DNA of 64,000 nt, taken from the NCBI RefSeq assembly GCF_009914755.1, contig NC_060930.1; one strand, written 5' to 3'. The stretch is from the human T2T-CHM13v2.0 reference genome, Homo sapiens. This document shows positions 58,405 to 64,000 of this stretch, piece after piece (the stretch's first letter is position 1; each line of letters starts with the position of its first letter). A program made the translations under genes and the position numbers. The notes under the pieces are model-generated. The model was not told where the DNA came from. It worked only from the letters and a program-made list of their open reading frames with translations, and did not search any database.

Positions 58405-59179
58405 AACTCCAGTCTATCACTTGGCACAGATAACAGATGAACATATTTCTTTTGCATATACTGGGTTTCCTCTAATGATAACTGAAGAGATGGAGTATAT
58501 GAAAATAGAACAAAAGAGGAAACTGTAGCACAGCTTAAACTTTAAATATTAAATCTCTTTATTCATCCTACAACGTAGTTCCAGAAGGCAGTGAAATCAA
58601 TCCCACATGGAATCTTCTCACAGGAAAACTTGAATAATGGACAATTTATTCAAATCACTGTCTATTTCAAGATACTCTATTTTAACATTATATATGACCA
58701 TTCCTCCTAAAAATGCCTTTCTTAATTCTAACATTATTTCAAATATAGCTCTTTGAAAACCTATTTTTCCTTTTTTCTATATTATAAGCTTAAATATGAA
58801 TAGTCTTCAAACTGGTCTTTGATACGTTATTATTTATATATGCATCCATCTATCCACTCACTCATTAAATAAAAATGTATCAAGTATTTACTCTTGGTTA
58901 AACGCTGGGCCAGGCTCTAGAGATATCTAATAAGCCAAACATAAATGGAAATACCATTTCTTCTCTGAAATCTTCCCTGACCATTCTAAGAAAAGTGATA
59001 ATAATCTTCATTGTCTCCTCACAGCATTTATATGTATAACTCATCTGTATTTACAACATTCTACCATAAAGTGTATTTCTCCAAAAGTACTGTTAGTTCT
59101 GATTAATGTCAGAACCACACTGGGGATCACATTTCCTATATAAACCTTTCAAGCCCACAATCCCAATTTTTGTTCTTTT

Positions 59180-59740
59180 ATTCATCAAAGTGAAAATTTC
59201 ACTGGGCAAAAGCAAACAGTCAAGCAAGACTTTATGACTGTTGCAATAGAGGAGACAGACTGAACTTTCCTGAAATAAAAGGCAGGCAGGTTTTTCAGGG
59301 CTAGGGTCAGCTACTGGAAAAGTAGTGGAAGACATTGAGAAGAGATTAATCAATGGGCTACATTGAACACATTGAGTTATTTCTGAATTCTCAAATGCTT
59401 TTCTCTGTGATTAGGCCATCTAATTGGTTATTAAAGTTAGTGCCCTTTGAAGTTAGACAGCCTCCCACAGAGACTGGGAGATAGTAGTGCTATATCCTTC
59501 AATGTGTACATGTCAAAATAATGGTCTCCAGGTCTTTGAGAAAGAAATTTCTTTGCTTGTAATACTGGCAAGAGGCTGGGAGAAGTTTTACATGTATTTC
59601 AAAGGTAGGAAAAATATTTACAATAGAAAGTTTTCTAAAGTAAATGCAATTAAGAAAAGTGAGGTAAGGGATTCTATAGTCAGGAAGAAACCTGTCTAAA
59701 ATTTAGTGAAACCTGAGGGAGCATTAGGTAGTCTTGGTCG
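59180..59740 (-). mobile_element. MER31/MER67-like ERV1 solo LTR
   Basis: Reverse complement begins cgaccaagac...tttagacaggtttcttcctgactatag...catttactttagaaaactt...tctcccagtctctgtgggagg. Confidence 0.75.
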
Positions 59741-60357
59741 TATCCTCCAGTGGAGCAGTATACCAATCTTGGAAGCTGCAAGAAAATTAGGACTGTGTTG
59801 TCAATACAACACTACAATATCCTGTGTTCAAGGAATGTGTTAGGCTTTAAGAAAAGTGGTTATTAGAACATATCCTTTTGAAGAGTTAAAATTCCAGAGA
59901 GAGGGAGGGCGAACAGAAATGCTGTTACTATTTTTGTGGAAATTTCCATACACAAATTATAAACATGTAAGAGGAAAATTAACTTTTATTTCTGAATTTT
60001 AAACTTGAATTTTTATATTTCAGAATATTAGAAGATGAGAAATAAGCACTGAATAAGTAGAAAAAAGACACATATGATTGAGTTTTTATTAATTTAGGCC
60101 AAAGAACACAAATCCATGAACTATAATATGCAGGAAGAGTACGAATTGCTTTATCTAAAAGTATATTTTAACATTTTTTTCTTTTGTATGTATCCATTCC
60201 AAAGAAAGGGTCATGTGACTTGGCATCTTTCTTCTACTACTCGAGTATATTTTGTCAGTAATGTCAGGGAGGTGCTAATAGTTTGGCCCAAGTTCGGTAA
60301 AAAAGTAAACAACCATAATTTCACATCAAAAATTTCAAAGGTTAAAAGCATTTCTAG

Positions 60358-60530
60358 GCAATGGTTAGCAAACTCTTCTGTGCATTTTCATAAATTGAAG
60401 AATAGGCTAAACATAGATTGCTGGGACTCATCTCCAGAGTTTTTGATTCAGTGAATCTGAGCCCTACCATGTGCATTTCTAACAAGTTCTCAGGTAATGC
60501 TAAGACTGCTGCTTCATGAATTACATTTTG
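60358..60530. mobile_element. MER5A MITE
   Basis: cagagtttttgattcagt...tgcatttctaacaagttctcaggtaatgct. Confidence 0.75.
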
Positions 60531-60628
60531 CTCTTGAAAACGTGACTGACTCTATCTATATAGGGGTTAGCAAGCATTTTCTCTAAAGGGCAATTGTTTC
60601 AGGTTTGCTGCCCAAGATGAAAAACTGG

Positions 60629-61920
<1,292 letters not shown>

Positions 61921-61922
<2 letters not shown>

Positions 61923-62450
61923 ATATATGTATCATATATATATCATCTATTATATTAAATAGATGATATATATGTATCATATATACCATCTATTATATTA
62001 AATAGATGATATATGTATCATATATATCATCTATTATATTAAATAGATGATATATGTATCATATATATCATCTATTATATTAAATAGATGATATATGTAT
62101 CATATATATCATCTATTATATTAAATAGATGATATATGTATCATATATATCATCTATTATATTAAATAGATGATATAAGTATCATATGTCATCTATTATA
62201 TTAAATAGATGATATATGTATCATATATATCATCTATTATATTAAAAAGATGATTATATATAATCTATTACATTAAATAGATGATACATATATCATGTAT
62301 CATATTTTACATTAGATGATATATATGAGATACATCATATATTATATTAAATATCTGTTATATTAAATATATGATATATATCATCTATTATATTGAATAT
62401 ATGATAAGATATTGAATATATGATAAGAATATTGAATGAATGATGATAAG
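61921..62450. repeat. AT-rich ~41-bp minisatellite with palindromic units
   Basis: Unit aatagatgatatatgtatcatatatatcatctattatatta, about 8-9 good copies, then degenerating. Confidence 0.95.
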
Positions 62451-63076
62451 ATGATGTTCTTCTTATCATCAAAATCAGTTATAAATGTTTATCTGTAAAA
62501 ACAATTCTTAATTCGCAGGTTATATGAGAGAAGGGCCAAATTCTGTCCATGGGCTATAGTTTATTTTTGATCCCTGCTATGTATACAGTAACATTTTAAA
62601 AAATTATAGAGTCATAGAAAAACATAAGAAGACACATAGAAAATCTAATCCAATTATTTCATGTTACAGGTTAAAAAATGAGATCCCAAGTGATGAAATA
62701 ACTTGCTTAATTTTTTTAACCACAAATCTTTAACTTGATATAAAAGAATAAAAATGAAAAAAATGAGATTTTAAGACAGAATAAAAATGAAAATAAAATA
62801 AAATGAAAGAGAATAAAATGAAAAAGGAAAGATTTAGGCACGTTTATTTAAGAGTTATCTATTGAGTGTATGCCATGTGCCAGTGATTTTTCAAGGAGCT
62901 TGTGGTATATCAGGAAACACATCAGAAAGTATGAGTCATGAATTTCAGCAAAAATTCAAATAAAAATTACTTCAACACTTCTGTTTATTTTCAGAAAATC
63001 AGTATTTGGGCATTAATTCAGGATATCTGGCAACATTACTGATATAATGACATATTTCTTAGGTAAAGAAATCTCA

Positions 63077-63411
<335 letters not shown>

Positions 63412-63882
63412 CTATTAGCTATTACATTCTATGTTCAAGTTCCCTTATAGTTGGAAGGGTAGTACAAGTTGTACTCAAAGAAAGGTCAATGGACGTGATA
63501 TTCTGGTAGTACCCAGAAGAGAATAATAACGTAATATTTTTCTTAATGGGAATTAGTTCATTGGCAATAGGCTAAAGATAAGGAAAAGGTAAACAATCCT
63601 TACTCTAGCTATACACTATTACCATAGATAAGATTTTGGTGCTGATAACTATATTCAAACATTTTCTCCAACACTTTACAGTGTCAAGATTAGAATCTAA
63701 ATAACCGTAACTAAATAATACTGATGTAATTAATGCAATGATCTTTTAATACCCAGAGTATTATCATTATTTTGTCAAGAAATAAACCAGTGATTCCTTC
63801 TCTAATTCAGCAATACAAATATCCCTGCATAAAAGTTTATATTACCTGGTGGAATTCTGATCTTAAAAGAGAACATAATAAC

Positions 63883-64000
63883 TTTTATTATTTTTTTTGA
63901 GACGCATTCTCGCTCTGTCGCCCAGGCTGTAGTGCAGTGGCATGATCTCTGCTCAGTGCAAGCTCTGCCTCCCAGGTTCATGCCATTCTCCTGCCTCAGC
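63883..64000 (-). mobile_element. AluY-like element, running off the window
   Basis: T-tail plus gagacg...gcaagctctgcctcc...gccattctcctgcctcagc. Confidence 0.93.

Overview
AT-rich, repeat-dense primate (almost certainly human) genomic DNA from the chromosome 6p12.3 epididymal beta-defensin cluster. Three two-exon beta-defensin genes lie on the minus strand: DEFB133 (exon 1 6341-6283, exon 2 3121-2997), DEFB114 (20999-20945 + 17340-17186, 69 aa) and DEFB113 (26519-26462 + 25761-25571, 82 aa). The supplied ORF track misses all three because they are spliced. DEFB114 and DEFB113 are intact. In this sequence DEFB133 looks broken: its exon 1 is 59 nt (phase 2) but exon 2 needs phase 1, and the terminal CC of the defensin motif is CY. 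The rest is mostly transposon debris: Alus, L1 and L2 pieces, MIRs, Tigger7/MER44, Hsmar2, MER5/MER58, several solo LTRs, a two-LTR MER57-like provirus with an integrase remnant, a tailless U2 retropseudogene, microsatellites and a palindromic AT-rich VNTR. I found no evidence of a wholly new biological system. The best leads are the apparent DEFB133 inactivation, a weak candidate fossil defensin exon near 29 kb, and several structural curiosities. Repeat subfamily names and old-repeat boundaries are from recognition by eye and are approximate.
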